A stretch of DNA of 64,000 nucleotides, from the NCBI GenBank assembly GCA_964016885.1, contig OZ024744.1, forward strand, positions 4,836,001 through 4,900,000, written 5' to 3'. The stretch comes from Eledone cirrhosa. Taxonomy: Eukaryota. The position numbers and the translations under genes were made by a program. A model generated the notes under the pieces. It made no database searches, was not told the DNA's origin, and saw only the letters and a list, made by a program, of their open reading frames with translations. Below, piece by piece: positions 38,701 through 51,800 of the stretch (the first letter of the stretch is position 1; each line of letters opens with the position of its first letter).

Positions 38701-41700
38701 GTCTATATTGGTAGACAGTGAGGTTGGTAGCAGAGGTCTATCTTGGTAGACAGTGAGGTTGGTAGCAGAGCTCTATCTTGGTAGACAGTGGTGTTGGTAG
38801 CAGAGGTCTATCTTGGTAGACAGTGGTGTTGGTAGCAGAGGTTTATCTTGGTAGACAGTGGTGTTGGTAGCAGAGGTCTATGTTGGTAGACAGTGGTGTT
38901 GGTAGCAGAGGTATATCTTGGTAGGCAGGGGTGTTGGTAGCAGAGCTCTATCTTGGTAGACAGTGGTGTTGGTAGCAGAGGTCGTTCTTGGTAGACAGTG
39001 GTGTTGCTAGCAGAGGTCTATGTTGGTAGAAAGTGAGGTTGGTAGCTGAGGTCTATGTTGGTAGACAGTGGTGTTGGTAGCAGAAGTCTATCTTGGTAGA
39101 CAGTGAGGTTGGTAGCAGAGGTCTATCTTGGTAGACAGTGGAGTTGGTAGCAGAGGTCTATCTTGGTAGACAGTGGTGTTGGTAGCAGAGGTCTATCTTG
39201 GTAGACAGTGGTGTTGGTAGCAGAAGTCTATCTTGGTAGACAGTGGTGTTGGTAGCAGAGGTCTATCTTGGTAGACAGTGGTGTTGCTAGCAGAGGTCTA
39301 TCTTGGTAGACAGTGGTGTTGGTAACAAAGGTCTATGTTGGTAGACAGTGAGGTTGGTAGCAGAGGTCTATCTTGGTAGACAGTGAGGGTGGTTGCAGAG
39401 GTCTATCTTGGTAGACAGTGGTGTTGGTAGCAGAGGTCTATCTTGGTAGACAGTGAGGTTGGTATCAGAGGTCTATCTTGGTAGACAGTGAGGTTGGTAG
39501 CAGAGGTCTATGTTGGTAGACAGTGGTGTTGGTAGCATAGGTCTATCTTGGTAGACAGTGGTGTTGGTAGCAGAGGTCTATGTTGGTAGACAGTGGTGTT
39601 GGTAGTAGAGGTCTATCTTGGTAGACAGTGGTGTTGGTACAGAGGTCTATGTTGGTAGACAGTGAGGTTGGTAGCAGAGGTCTATATTGGTAGACAGTGA
39701 GGTTGGTAGCAGAGGTCTATCTTGGTAGACAGTGAGGTTGGTAGCAGAGCTCTATCTTGGTAGACAGTGGTGTTGGTAGCAGAGGTCTATCTTGGTAGAC
39801 AGTGGTGTTGGTAGCAGAGGTTTATCTTGGTAGACAGTGGTGTTGGTAGCAGAGGTCTATGTTGGTAGACAGTGGTGTTGGTAGCAGAGGTATATCTTGG
39901 TAGGCAGTGGTGTTGGTAGCAGAGCTCTATCTTGGTAGACAGTGGTGTTGGTAGCAGAGGTCTATCTTGGTAGACAGTGGTGTTGGTAGCAGAAGTCTAT
40001 CTTGGCAGACAGTGGTGTTGGTAGCAGAGGTCTATCTTGGTAGACAGTGGTGTTGCTAGCAGAGGTCTATCTTGGTAGACAGTGGTGTTGGTAGCAAAGG
40101 TCTATGTTGGTAGACAGTGAGGTTGGTAGCAGCGGTCTATCTTGGTAGACAGTGAGGGTGGTTGCAGAGGTCTATCTTGGTAGACAGTGGTGTTGGTAGC
40201 AGAGGTCTATCTTGGTAGACAGTGAGGTTGGTATCAGAGGTCTATCTTGGTAGACAGTGAGGTTGGTAGCAGAGGTCTATGTTGGTAGACAGTGGTGTTG
40301 GTAGCATAGGTCTATCTTGGTAGACAGTGGTGTTGGTAGCAGAGGTCTATGTTGGTAGACAGTGGTGTTGGTAGTAGAGGTCTATCTTGGTAGACAGTGG
40401 TGTTGGTAGCAGATGTCTATCTTGGTAGACAGTGGTGTTGGTAGCAGAGGTCTATCTTGGTAGACAGTGGTGTTGGTAGCAGATATCTATCTTGGTAGAC
40501 AGTGGTGTTGGTAGCAGAGGTCTATGTTGGTAGACAGTGGTGTTGGTAGCAGAGGTCTATCTTGGTAGTCAGTGGTGTTGGTAGCAGAGGTCTATCTTGG
40601 TAGACAGTGGTGTTGGTAGCAGAGGTCTATGTTGGTAGACAGTGAGGTTGGTAGCAAAGGTCTATCTAGGTAGACAGTGGTGTTGGTAGCAGAGGTCTAT
40701 GTTGGTAGACAGTGGTGTTGGTAGCAGAGGTCTATCTTGGTAGATAGTGAGGTTGGTAGTAGAGGTCTATGTTGGTAGACATTGGTGTTGGTAGCAGAGT
40801 TCTATCTTGGTAGACAGTGGTGTTGGTAGCAGAGGTCTATGTTGGTAAACAGTGGTGTTGGTAATAGAGGTCTATCTTGGTAGACAGTGGTGTTGGTAGC
40901 AGATGTCTATCTTGGTAGACAGTGGTGTTGGTAGCAGAGGTCTATCTTGGTAGACAGTGGTGTTGGTAGGAGAGGTCTATCTTGGTAGACAGTGGTGTTG
41001 GTAGCAGAGGTCTATCTTGGTAGAAAGTGGTGTTGGTAGGAGAGGTCTATCTTGGTAGACAGTGGTGTTGGTAGCAGAGGTCTATCTTGGTAGACAGTGG
41101 TGTTGGTAGCAGAGGTCTATATTGGTAGACAGTGGTGTTGGTAGCAGATGTCTATCTTGGTAGACAGTGGTGTTGGTAGCAGAGGTCTATCTTGGTAGAC
41201 AGTGGTGGTGGTAGCAGAGGTCTATCTTGTTAGACAGTGTTGTTGGTAGCAGAGGTCTATCTTAGTAGACAGTGGTGTTGGTAGCAGAGGTCTATCCTGG
41301 TAGACAGTGGTGTTGGTAGCAGAGGTCTATCTTGGTAGACAGTAGTGTTGGTAGCAGAGGTCTATCTTGGTAGACAGTGGTGTTGGTAGCTGAGGTCTAA
41401 CTTGGTAGACAGTGGTGTTGGTAGCAGAGGTCTATCTTAGTAGACAGTGGTTTGGTAGCAGAGGTCTACCTTGGTAGACAGTGGTGTCGGTAGCAGAGCT
41501 CTATCCTGGTAGACAGTGGTGTTGGTAGCAGAGGTCTATCTTGGTAGACAGTGAGGTTGGTAGCAGAGGTCTATGTTGGTAGACAGTGGTGTCGGTAGCA
41601 GAGCTCTATCTTGGTAGACAGTGGTGTTGGTAGCAGAAGTGTATCATGGTAGACAGTTAGGTTGGGAGCAGAGGTCTATGTTGGTAGACAGTGGTGTTGG

Positions 41701-44700
41701 TAGCAGAGGTCTATCTTGGTAGACAGTGGTGTTGGTAGCAGAGGTTTATCTTGGTAGACAGTGGTGTTGGTAGCAGAGGTCTATGTTGGTAGACAGTGGT
41801 GTTGGTAGCAGAGGTATATCTTGGTAGGCAGTGGTGTTGGTAGCAGAGCTCTATCTTGGTAGACAGTGGTGTTGGTAGCAGAGGTCTATGTTGGTAGAAA
41901 GTGAGGTTGGTAGCAGAGGTCTATCTTGGTAGACAGTGAGGGTGGTAGCAGAGGTCTATCTTGGTAGACAGAGGTGTTGGTAGCAGATGTCTATCTTGGT
42001 AGACAGTGAGGTTGGTATCAGAGGTCTATCTTGGTAGACAGTGAGGTTGGTAGCAGAGGTCTATGTTGGTAGACAGTGGTGTTGGTAGCATAGGTCTATC
42101 TTGGTAGACAGTGGTGTTGGTAGCAGAGGTCTATGTTGGTAGACAGTGGTGTTGGTAGTAGAGGTCTATCTTGGTAGACAGTGGTGTTGGTAGCAGATGT
42201 CTATCTTGGTAGACAGTGGTGTTGGTAGCAGAGGTCTATCTTGGTAGACAGTGGTGTTGGTAGCAAATATCTATCTTGGTAGACAGTGTTGTTGGTAGCA
42301 GAGGTCTATGTTGGTAGACAGTGGTGTTGGTAGTAGAGGTCTATCTTGGTAGACAGTGGTGTTGGTAGGAGATGTCTATCTTGGTAGACAGTGGTGTTGG
42401 TAGCAGAGGTCTATCTTGGTAGACAGTGGTGTTGGTAGCAGAGGTTAATCTTGGTAGACAGTGGTGTTGGTAGCAGAGGTCTATCTTGGTAGACAGTGGT
42501 GTTGGTAGCAGAGGTCTATCTTGCTAGACAGTGGTGTTGGTAGCAGAGGTCTATCTTGGTAGACAGTGGTGTTGGTAGCAGAGGTCTATGTTGGTAGAAA
42601 GTGAGGTTGGTAGCAGAGGTCTATGTTGGTAGACAGTGGTGTTGGTAGCAGAGGTCTATCTTGGTAGACAGTGGTGTTGGTAGAAGAGGTCTATGTTGGT
42701 AGACAGTGAGGTTGGTAGCAGAGGTCTATCTTGGCAGACAGTGAGGTTGGTAGCAGAGGTCTATCTTGGTAGACAGTGGTGTTGGTAGCAGAGGTCTATC
42801 TTGGTAGACAGTGTGGTTGGTAGCAGATGTCTATCTTGGTAGACAGTGGTGTTGGTAGCAGAGATCTATCTTGGTAGACAGTGAGGTTGGTAGCAGAGGT
42901 CTATCTTGGTAGACAGTGGTGTTGGTAGCAGAGGTCTATCTTGGTAGACAGTGGTGTTGGTAGCAGAGGTCTATGTTGGTAGACAGTGGTGTTGATAGCA
43001 GAGGTTAATCTTGGTAGACAGTGGTGTTGGTAGCAGAGGTCTATCTTGGTAGACAGTGGTGTTGGTAGCAGAGGTCTATCTTGGTAGACAGTGGTGTTGG
43101 TAGCAGAGGTCTATGTTGGTAGACAGTGGTGTTTGTAGCAGAGGACTATGTTGGTAGACAGTGGTGTTGGTAGCAGAGGTCTATCTTGGTAGACATTGAG
43201 GTTGGTAGCAGAGGTCTATCTTGGTAGACAGTGGTGTTGGTAGCAGAGATCTATGTTGGTAGACAGTGGTGTTGGTAGCAGAGGTCTATCTTAGTAGACA
43301 GTGGTGTTGGTAGCAGAGGTTTATCTTGGTAGACAGTGAAGTTGGTAGCAGAGGTCTATCTTGGTAGACAGTGAGGTTGGTAGCAGAGGTCTATCTTGGT
43401 AGACAGTGGTGTTGGTAGCAGAGGTCTATCTTGGTAGACAGTGAGGTTGGTAACAGATATCTATCTTGGTAGACATTGGTGTTCGTAGCAGAGGTCTATG
43501 TTGGTAGACAGTGGTGTTGGTAGCAAAGGTCTATCTTGGTAGTCAGTGGTGTTGGTAGCAGAGGTCTATCTTGGTAGACAGTGGTGTTGGTAGCAGAGGT
43601 CTATCTTGGTAGACAGTGGTGTTGGTAGCAGAGGTCTATGTTGGTAGACAGTGAGGTTGCTAGCAGAGGTCTATCTTGGTAGACAGTGGTGTTGGTAGCA
43701 GAGGTCTATCTTGGTAGACAGTGGTGTTGGTAGAAGAGGTCTATGTTGGTAGATAGTGAGGTTGGTAGCAGAGGTCTATCTTGGCAGACAGTGAGGTTGG
43801 TAGCAGAGGTCTATCTTGGTAGACAGTGGTGTTGGTAGCAGAGGTCTATCTTGGTAGACAGTGAGGTTGGTAGCAGATGTCTATCTTGGTAGACAGTGGT
43901 GTTGGTAGCAGAGATCTATCTTGGTAGACAGTGAGGTTGGTAGCAGAGGTCTATCTTGGTAGACAGTGGTGTTGGTAGCATAGGTCTATCTTGGTAGACA
44001 GTGGTGTTGGTAGCAGAGGTCTATGTTGGTAGACAGTGGTGTTGATAGCAGAGGTTAATCTTGGTAGACAGTGGTGTTGGTAGCAGAGGTCTATCTTGGT
44101 AGACAGTGGTGTTGGTAGCAGAGGTCTATCTTGGTAGACAGTGGTGTTGGTAGCAGAGGTCTATGTTGGTAGACAGTGGTGTTTGTAGCAGAGGACTATG
44201 TTGGTAGACAGTGGTGTTGGTAGCAGAGGTCTATCTTGGTAGACATTGAGGTTGGTAGCAGAGGTCTATCTTGGTAGACAGTGGTGTTGGTAGCAGAGAT
44301 CTATGTTGGTAGACAGTGGTGTTGGTAGCAGAGGTCTATCTTAGTAGACAGTGGTGTTGGTAGCAGAGGTCTATCTTGGTAGACAGTGAAGTTGGTAGCA
44401 GAGGTCTATCTTGGTAGACAGTGAGGTTGGTAGCAGAGGTCTATCTTGGTAGACAGTGGTGTTGGTAGCAGAGGTCTATCTTGGTAGACAGTGAGGTTGG
44501 TAACAGAGGTCTATCTTGGTAGACAGTGGTGTTGTAGCAGAGGTCTATCTCGGTAGACAGTGAGGTTGGTAGCAGAGGTCTATGCTGGTAGACAGTGGTG
44601 TTGGTAGCAGAGGTCTATCTTGGTAGACAGTGGTGTTGGTAGCAGAGGTCTATCTTGGTAGACAGTGGTGTTGGTAGCAGAGGTCTATGTTTGTAGACAG

Positions 44701-45836
44701 TGAGGTTGCTAGCAGAGGTCTATCTTGGTAGACAGTGGTGTTGGTAGCAGAGGTCTATCTTGGTAGACAGTGAGGTTGGTATCAGAGGTCTATCTTGGTA
44801 GACAGTGGTGTTGGTAGCAGAGGTCTATGTTGGTAGACAGTGGTGTTGGTAGCAGAGGTCTATCTTGGTAGATAGTGAGGTTGGTAGTAGAGGTCTATGT
44901 TGGTAGACATTGGTGTTGGTAGCAGGGTTCTATCTTGGTAGACAGTGGTGTTGGTAGCAGAGGTCTATGTTGGTAGACAGTGGTGTTGGTGATAGAGGTC
45001 TATCTTGGTAGACAGTGGTGTTGGTAGCAGATGTCTATCTTGGTAGACAGTGGTGTTGGTAGCAGAGGTCTAGCTTGGTAGACAGTGGTGTTGGTAGCAG
45101 AGGTCGATCTTGGTAGACAGTGGTGTTGGTAGCAGAGGTCTATCTTGGTAGACAGTGGTGTTGGTAGCAGATGTCTATCTTGGTAGACAGTGGTGTTGGT
45201 AGCAGAGGTCTATCTTGGTAGACAGTGGTGTTGGTAGCAGAGGTCTATGTTGGTAGACAGTGGTGTTGGTAGCAGAGGTATATCTTGGTAGGCAGTGGTG
45301 TTGGTAGCAGAGCTCTATCTTGGTAGACAGTGGTGTTGGTAGCAGAGGTCTATCTTGGTAGACAGTGGTGTTGGTAGCAGAGGTCTTTCTTGGTAGACAG
45401 TGGTGTTGGTAGCAGAGGTCGATCTTGGTAGACAGTGGTGTTGGTAGCAGAGGTCTATCTTGGTAGACAGTGGTGTTGGTAGCAGAGGTCTATGTTGGTA
45501 GACAGTGGTGTTGGTAGCAGAGGTATATCTTGGTAGGCAGTGGTGTTGGTAGCAGAGCTCTATCTTGGTAGACAGTGGTGTTGGTAGCAGAGGTCTATCT
45601 TGGTAGACAGTGGTGTTGGTAGCAGAGGTCTTTCTTGGTAGACAGTGGTGTTGGTAGCAGAGGTCTATGTTGGTAGAAAGTGAGGTTGGTAGCAGAGGTC
45701 TATCTTGGTAGAAAGTGGTGTTGGTAGGAGAGGTCTATCTTGGTAGACAGTGGTGTTGGTAACAGAGGTCTATCTTGGTAGACAGTGATGTTGGTAGCAG
45801 AGGTCTATATTGGTAGACAGTGGTGTTGGTAGCAGA
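23727..45836 (+). repeat. Higher-order block B: second copy of the 22,110-bp (632-monomer) tandem duplication
   Basis: 24210-45836 matches block A marker for marker, and the match ends at 23727(G)/45837(T). 23727-24209 is inferred to match sequence upstream of the window. Confidence 0.92.
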
Positions 45837-48800
45837 TGTCTATCTTGGTAGACAGTGGTGTTGGTAGCAGAGGTCTATCTTGGTAGACAGTGGTGGTGGT
45901 AGCAGAGATCTATCTTGTTAGACAGTGTTGTTGGTAGCAGAGGTCTATCTTAGTAGACAGTGGTGTTGGTAGCAGAGGTCTATCCTGGTAGACAGTGGTG
46001 TTGGTAGCAGAGGTCTATCTTGGTAGACAGTAGTGTTGGTAGCAGAGGTCTATCTTGGTAGACAGTGGTGTTGGTAGCTGAGGTCTAACTTGGTAGACAG
46101 TGGTGTTGGTAGCAGAGGTCTATCTTAGTAGACAGTGGTGTTGGTAGCAGAGGTCTACCTTGGTAGACAGTGGTGTCGGTAGCAGAGCTCTATCCTGGTA
46201 GACAGTGGTGTTGGTAGCAGAGGTCTATCTTGGTAGACAGTGAGGTTGGTAGCAGAGGTCTATGTTGGTAGACAGTGGTGTCGGTAGCAGAGCTCTATCT
46301 TGGTAGACAGTGGTGTTGGTAGCAGAAGTCTATCTTGGTAGACAGTGAGGTTGGGAGCAGAGGTCTATGTTGGTAGACAGTGGTGTTGGTAGCAGAGGTC
46401 TATGTTGGTAGACAGTGGTGTTGGTAGCAGAGGTTAATCTTGGTAGACAGTGGTGTTGGTAGCAGAGGTCTATCTTGGTAGACAGTGGTGTTGGTAGCAG
46501 AGATGTATCTTGGTAGACAGTAGTGTTGGTAGCAGGGGTCTATGTTGGTAGACAGTGGTGTTTGTAGCAGAGGTCTATGTTGGTAGACAGTGGTGTTGGA
46601 AGCAGAGGTCTATGTTAGTAGACAGTGGTGTTGGTACAGAGGTCTATGTTGGTAGACAGTGAGGTTGGTAGCAGAGGTCTATATTGGTAGACAGTGAGGT
46701 TGGTAGCAGAGGTCTATCTTGGTAGACAGTGAGGTTGGTAGCAGAGCTCTATCTTGGTAGACAGTGGTGTTGGTAGCAGAGGTCTATCTTGGTAGACAGT
46801 GGTGTTGGTAGCAGAGGTTTATCTTGGTAGACAGTGGTGTTGGTAGCAGAGGTATATCTTGGTAGACAGTGGTGTTGGTAGCAGAAGTCTATCTTGGTAG
46901 ACAGTGGTGTTGGTAGCAGAGGTCTATCTTGGTAGACAGTGGTGTTGCTAGCAGAGGTCTATCTTGGTAGACAGTGGTGTTGGTAGCAAAGGTCTATGTT
47001 GGTAGACAGTGAGGTTGGTAGCAGCGGTCTATCTTGGTAGACAGTGGTGTTGGTAGCAGAGGTCTATGTTGGTAGACAGTGGTGTTGGTAGCAGAGGTAT
47101 ATCTTGGTAGGCAGTGGTGTTGGTAGCAGAGCTCTATCTTGGTAGACAGTGGTGTTGGTAGCAGAGGTCTATCTTGGTAGACAGTGGTGTTGGTAGCAGA
47201 AGTCTATCTTGGTAGACAGTGGTGTTGGTTGCAGAGGTCTATCTTGGTAGACAGTGGTGTTGGTAGCAGAGGTCTATGTTTGTAGACAGTGAGGTTGGTA
47301 GCAGAGGTCTATGCTGGTAGACAGTGGTGTTGGTAGCAGAGGTCTATCTTGGTAGACAGTGGTGTTGGTAGCAGAGGTCTATCTTGGTAGACAGTGGTGT
47401 TGGTAGCAGAGGTCTATGTTTGTAGACAGTGAGGTTGCTAGCAGAGGTCTATCTTGGTAGACAGTGGTGTTGGTAGCAGAGGTCTATCTTGGTAGACAGT
47501 GAGGTTGGTATCAGAGGTCTATCTTGGTAGACAGTGGTGTTGGTAGCAGAGGTCTATGTTGGTAGACAGTGGTGTTGGTAGCAGAGGTCTATCTTGGTAG
47601 ATAGTGAGGTTGGTAGTAGAGGTCTATGTTGGTAGACATTGGTGTTGGTAGCAGGGTTCTAACTTGGTAGACAGTGGTGTTGGTAGCAGAGGTCTATGTT
47701 GGTAGACAGTGGTGTTGGTGATAGAGGTCTATCTTGGTAGACAGTGGTGTTGGTAGCAGATGTCTATCTTGGTAGACAGTGGTGTTGGTAGCAGAGGTCT
47801 AGCTTGGTAGACAGTGGTGTTGGTAGCAGAGGTCGATCTTGGTAGACAGTGGTGTTGGTAGCAGAGGTCTATCTTGGTAGACAGTGGTGTTGGTAGCAGA
47901 TGTCTATCTTGGTAGACAGTGGTGTTGGTAGCAGAGATATATCTTGGTAGACAGTGGTGTTGGTAGCAGAGGTCGATCTTGGTAGACAGTGGTGTTGGTA
48001 GCAGAGGTCGATCTTGGTAGACAGTGGTGTTGGTAGCAGAGGTCTATCTTGGTAGACAGTGGTGTTGGTAGCAGAGGTCTATGTTGGTAGACAGTGGTGT
48101 TGGTAGCAGAGGTATATCTTGGTAGGCAGTGGTGTTGGTAGCAGAGCTCTATCTTGGTAGACAGTGGTGTTGGTAGCAGAGGTCTATCTTGGTAGACAGT
48201 GGTGTTGGTAGCAGAGGTCTTTCTTGGTAGACAGTGGTGTTGGTAGCAGAGGTCTATGTTGGTAGAAAGTGAGGTTGGTAGCAGAGGTCTATCTTGGTAG
48301 AAAGTGGTGTTGGTAGGAGAGGTCTATCTTGGTAGACAGTGGTGTTGGTAACAGAGGTCTATCTTGGTAGACAGTGATGTTGGTAGCAGAGGTCTATATT
48401 GGTAGACAGTGGTGTTGGTAGCAGATGTCTATCTTGGTAGACAGTGGTGTTGGTAGCAGAGGTCTATCTTGGTAGACAGTGGTGGTGGTAGCAGAGGTCT
48501 ATCTTGTTAGACAGTGTTGTTGGTAGCAGAGGTCTATCTTAGTAGACAGTGGTGTTGGTAGCAGAGGTCTATCCTGGTAGACAGTGGTGTTGGTAGCAGA
48601 GGTCTATCTTGGTAGACAGTAGTGTTGGTAGCAGAGGTCTATCTTGGTAGACAGTGGTGTTGGTAGCTGAGGTCTAACTTGGTAGACAGTGGTGTTGATA
48701 GCAGAGGTCTATGTTGGTAGACAGTGGTGTTGGTAGCAGAGGCCTATCTTGGTAGACAGTGGTTTTGGTAGCAGAGGTCTATATTGGTAGACAGTGGTGT

Positions 48801-51800
48801 TGGTAGTAGAGGTCTATCTTGGTAGACAGTGGTGTTGGTAGCAGATGTCTATCTTGGTAGACAGTGGTGTTGGTAGCAGAGGTCTATCTTGGTAGACAGT
48901 GGTGTTGGTAGCAAAGGTATATCTTGGTAGACAGTGGTGTTGGTAGCAGAGGTCTATCTTGGTAGACAGTGTTGTTGGTAGCAGAGGTCTATCTTGGTAG
49001 ACAGTGGTGTTGGTAGCAGACATCTATCTTGGTAGACAGTGGTGTTGGTAGCAGATGTCTATCTTGGTAGACAGTGGTGTTGGTAGCAGAGGTCTATCTT
49101 GGTAGACAGTGGTGTTGGTAGCAGAGGTCTATCTTGGTAGACAGTGGTGTTGGTAGCAGAGGTCTATCTTGGTAGACAGTGGTGTTGGTAGCAGAGGTCT
49201 ATCTTGGTAGACAGTGGTGTTGGAAGCAGAGGTCTATCTTGGTAGACAGTGGTGTTGGTAGCAGAGGTCTATCTTGGTTGACAGTGGTATTGGTAGCAGA
49301 GGTCTATCTTCGTAGACAGTGGTGTTGGTAACACAGGTCTATCTTGGTAGACAGTGGTGTTGGTAGCAGAGGTATATCTTGGTAGACAGTGGTGTTGGTA
49401 GCAGAATCTATCTTGGTAGACAGTGGTGTTGGTCGCAGAGGTCTATCTTGGTAGACAGTGAGGTTGGTAGCAGAGGTCTATCTTGGTAGACAGTGGTGTT
49501 GGTAGCAGAGGTCTATCTTGGTAGACAGTGATGTTGGTAGAAGAGGTCTATGTTGGTAGAAAGTGAGGTTGGTAGCAGAGGTCTATCTTGGTAGACAGTG
49601 GTGTTGGTAGCAGAGGTTTATATTGGTAGACAGTGGTGTTGGTAGCAGAGGTCTATCTTGGTAGACATTGAGGTTGGTAGCAGAGGTCTATGTTGGTAGA
49701 CAGTGGTGTTGGTAGCAGAGGTCTATGTTGGTAGACAGTGGTGTTGGTAGCAGAGGTCTATCTTGGTAGACAGTGGTGTTGGTAGCAGAGGTCTATCTTG
49801 GTAGACAGTGGTGTTGGTAGCAGAGATCTATCTTGGTAGACAGTAGTGTTGGTAGCAGAGGTCTATGTTGGTAGACAGTGGTGTTTGTAGCAGAGGTCTA
49901 TGTTGGTAGACAGTGGTGTTGGAAGCAGAGGTCTATCTTAGTAGACAGTGGTGTTGGTACAGAGGTCTATGTTGGTAGACAGTGAGGTTGGTAGCAGAGG
50001 TCTATATTGGTAGACAGTGAGGTTGGTAGCAGAGGTCTATCTTGGTAGACAGTGAGGTTGGTAGCAGAGCTCTATCTTGGTAGACAGTGGTGTTGGTAGC
50101 AGAGGTCTATCTTGGTAGACAGTGGTGTTGGTAGCAGAGGTTTATCTTGGTAGACAGTGGTGTTGGTAGCAGAGGTCTATGTTGGTAGACAGTGGTGTTG
50201 GTAGCAGAGGTATATCTTGGTAGGCAGGGGTGTTGGTAGCAGAGCTCTATCTTGGTAGACAGTGGTGTTGGTAGCAGAGGTCGTTCTTGGTAGACAGTGG
50301 TGTTGCTAGCAGAGGTCTATGTTGGTAGAAAGTGAGGTTGGTAGCTGAGGTCTATGTTGGTAGACAGTGGTGTTGGTAGCAGAAGTCTATCTTGGTAGAC
50401 AGTGAGGTTGGTAGCAGAGGTCTATCTTGGTAGACAGTGGAGTTGGTAGCAGAGGTCTATCTTGGTAGACAGTGGTGTTGGTAGCAGAGGTCTATCTTGG
50501 TAGACAGTGGTGTTGGTAGCAGAAGTCTATCTTGGTAGACAGTGGTGTTGGTAGCAGAGGTCTATCTTGGTAGACAGTGGTGTTGCTAGCAGAGGTCTAT
50601 CTTGGTAGACAGTGGTGTTGGTAACAAAGGTCTATGTTGGTAGACAGTGAGGTTGGTAGCAGAGGTCTATCTTGGTAGACAGTGAGGGTGGTTGCAGAGG
50701 TCTATCTTGGTAGACAGTGGTGTTGGTAGCAGAGGTCTATCTTGGTAGACAGTGAGGTTGGTATCAGAGGTCTATCTTGGTAGACAGTGAGGTTGGTAGC
50801 AGAGGTCTATGTTGGTAGACAGTGGTGTTGGTAGCATAGGTCTATCTTGGTAGACAGTGGTGTTGGTAGCAGAGGTCTATGTTGGTAGACAGTGGTGTTG
50901 GTAGTAGAGGTCTATCTTGGTAGACAGTGGTGTTGGTACAGAGGTCTATGTTGGTAGACAGTGAGGTTGGTAGCAGAGGTCTATATTGGTAGACAGTGAG
51001 GTTGGTAGCAGAGGTCTATCTTGGTAGACAGTGAGGTTGGTAGCAGAGCTCTATCTTGGTAGACAGTGGTGTTGGTAGCAGAGGTCTATCTTGGTAGACA
51101 GTGGTGTTGGTAGCAGAGGTTTATCTTGGTAGACAGTGGTGTTGGTAGCAGAGGTCTATGTTGGTAGACAGTGGTGTTGGTAGCAGAGGTATATCTTGGT
51201 AGGCAGTGGTGTTGGTAGCAGAGCTCTATCTTGGTAGACAGTGGTGTTGGTAGCAGAGGTCTATCTTGGTAGACAGTGGTGTTGGTAGCAGAAGTCTATC
51301 TTGGCAGACAGTGGTGTTGGTAGCAGAGGTCTATCTTGGTAGACAGTGGTGTTGCTAGCAGAGGTCTATCTTGGTAGACAGTGGTGTTGGTAGCAAAGGT
51401 CTATGTTGGTAGACAGTGAGGTTGGTAGCAGCGGTCTATCTTGGTAGACAGTGAGGGTGGTTGCAGAGGTCTATCTTGGTAGACAGTGGTGTTGGTAGCA
51501 GAGGTCTATCTTGGTAGACAGTGAGGTTGGTATCAGAGGTCTATCTTGGTAGACAGTGAGGTTGGTAGCAGAGGTCTATGTTGGTAGACAGTGGTGTTGG
51601 TAGCATAGGTCTATCTTGGTAGACAGTGGTGTTGGTAGCAGAGGTCTATGTTGGTAGACAGTGGTGTTGGTAGTAGAGGTCTATCTTGGTAGACAGTGGT
51701 GTTGGTAGCAGATGTCTATCTTGGTAGACAGTGGTGTTGGTAGCAGAGGTCTATCTTGGTAGACAGTGGTGTTGGTAGCAGATATCTATCTTGGTAGACA

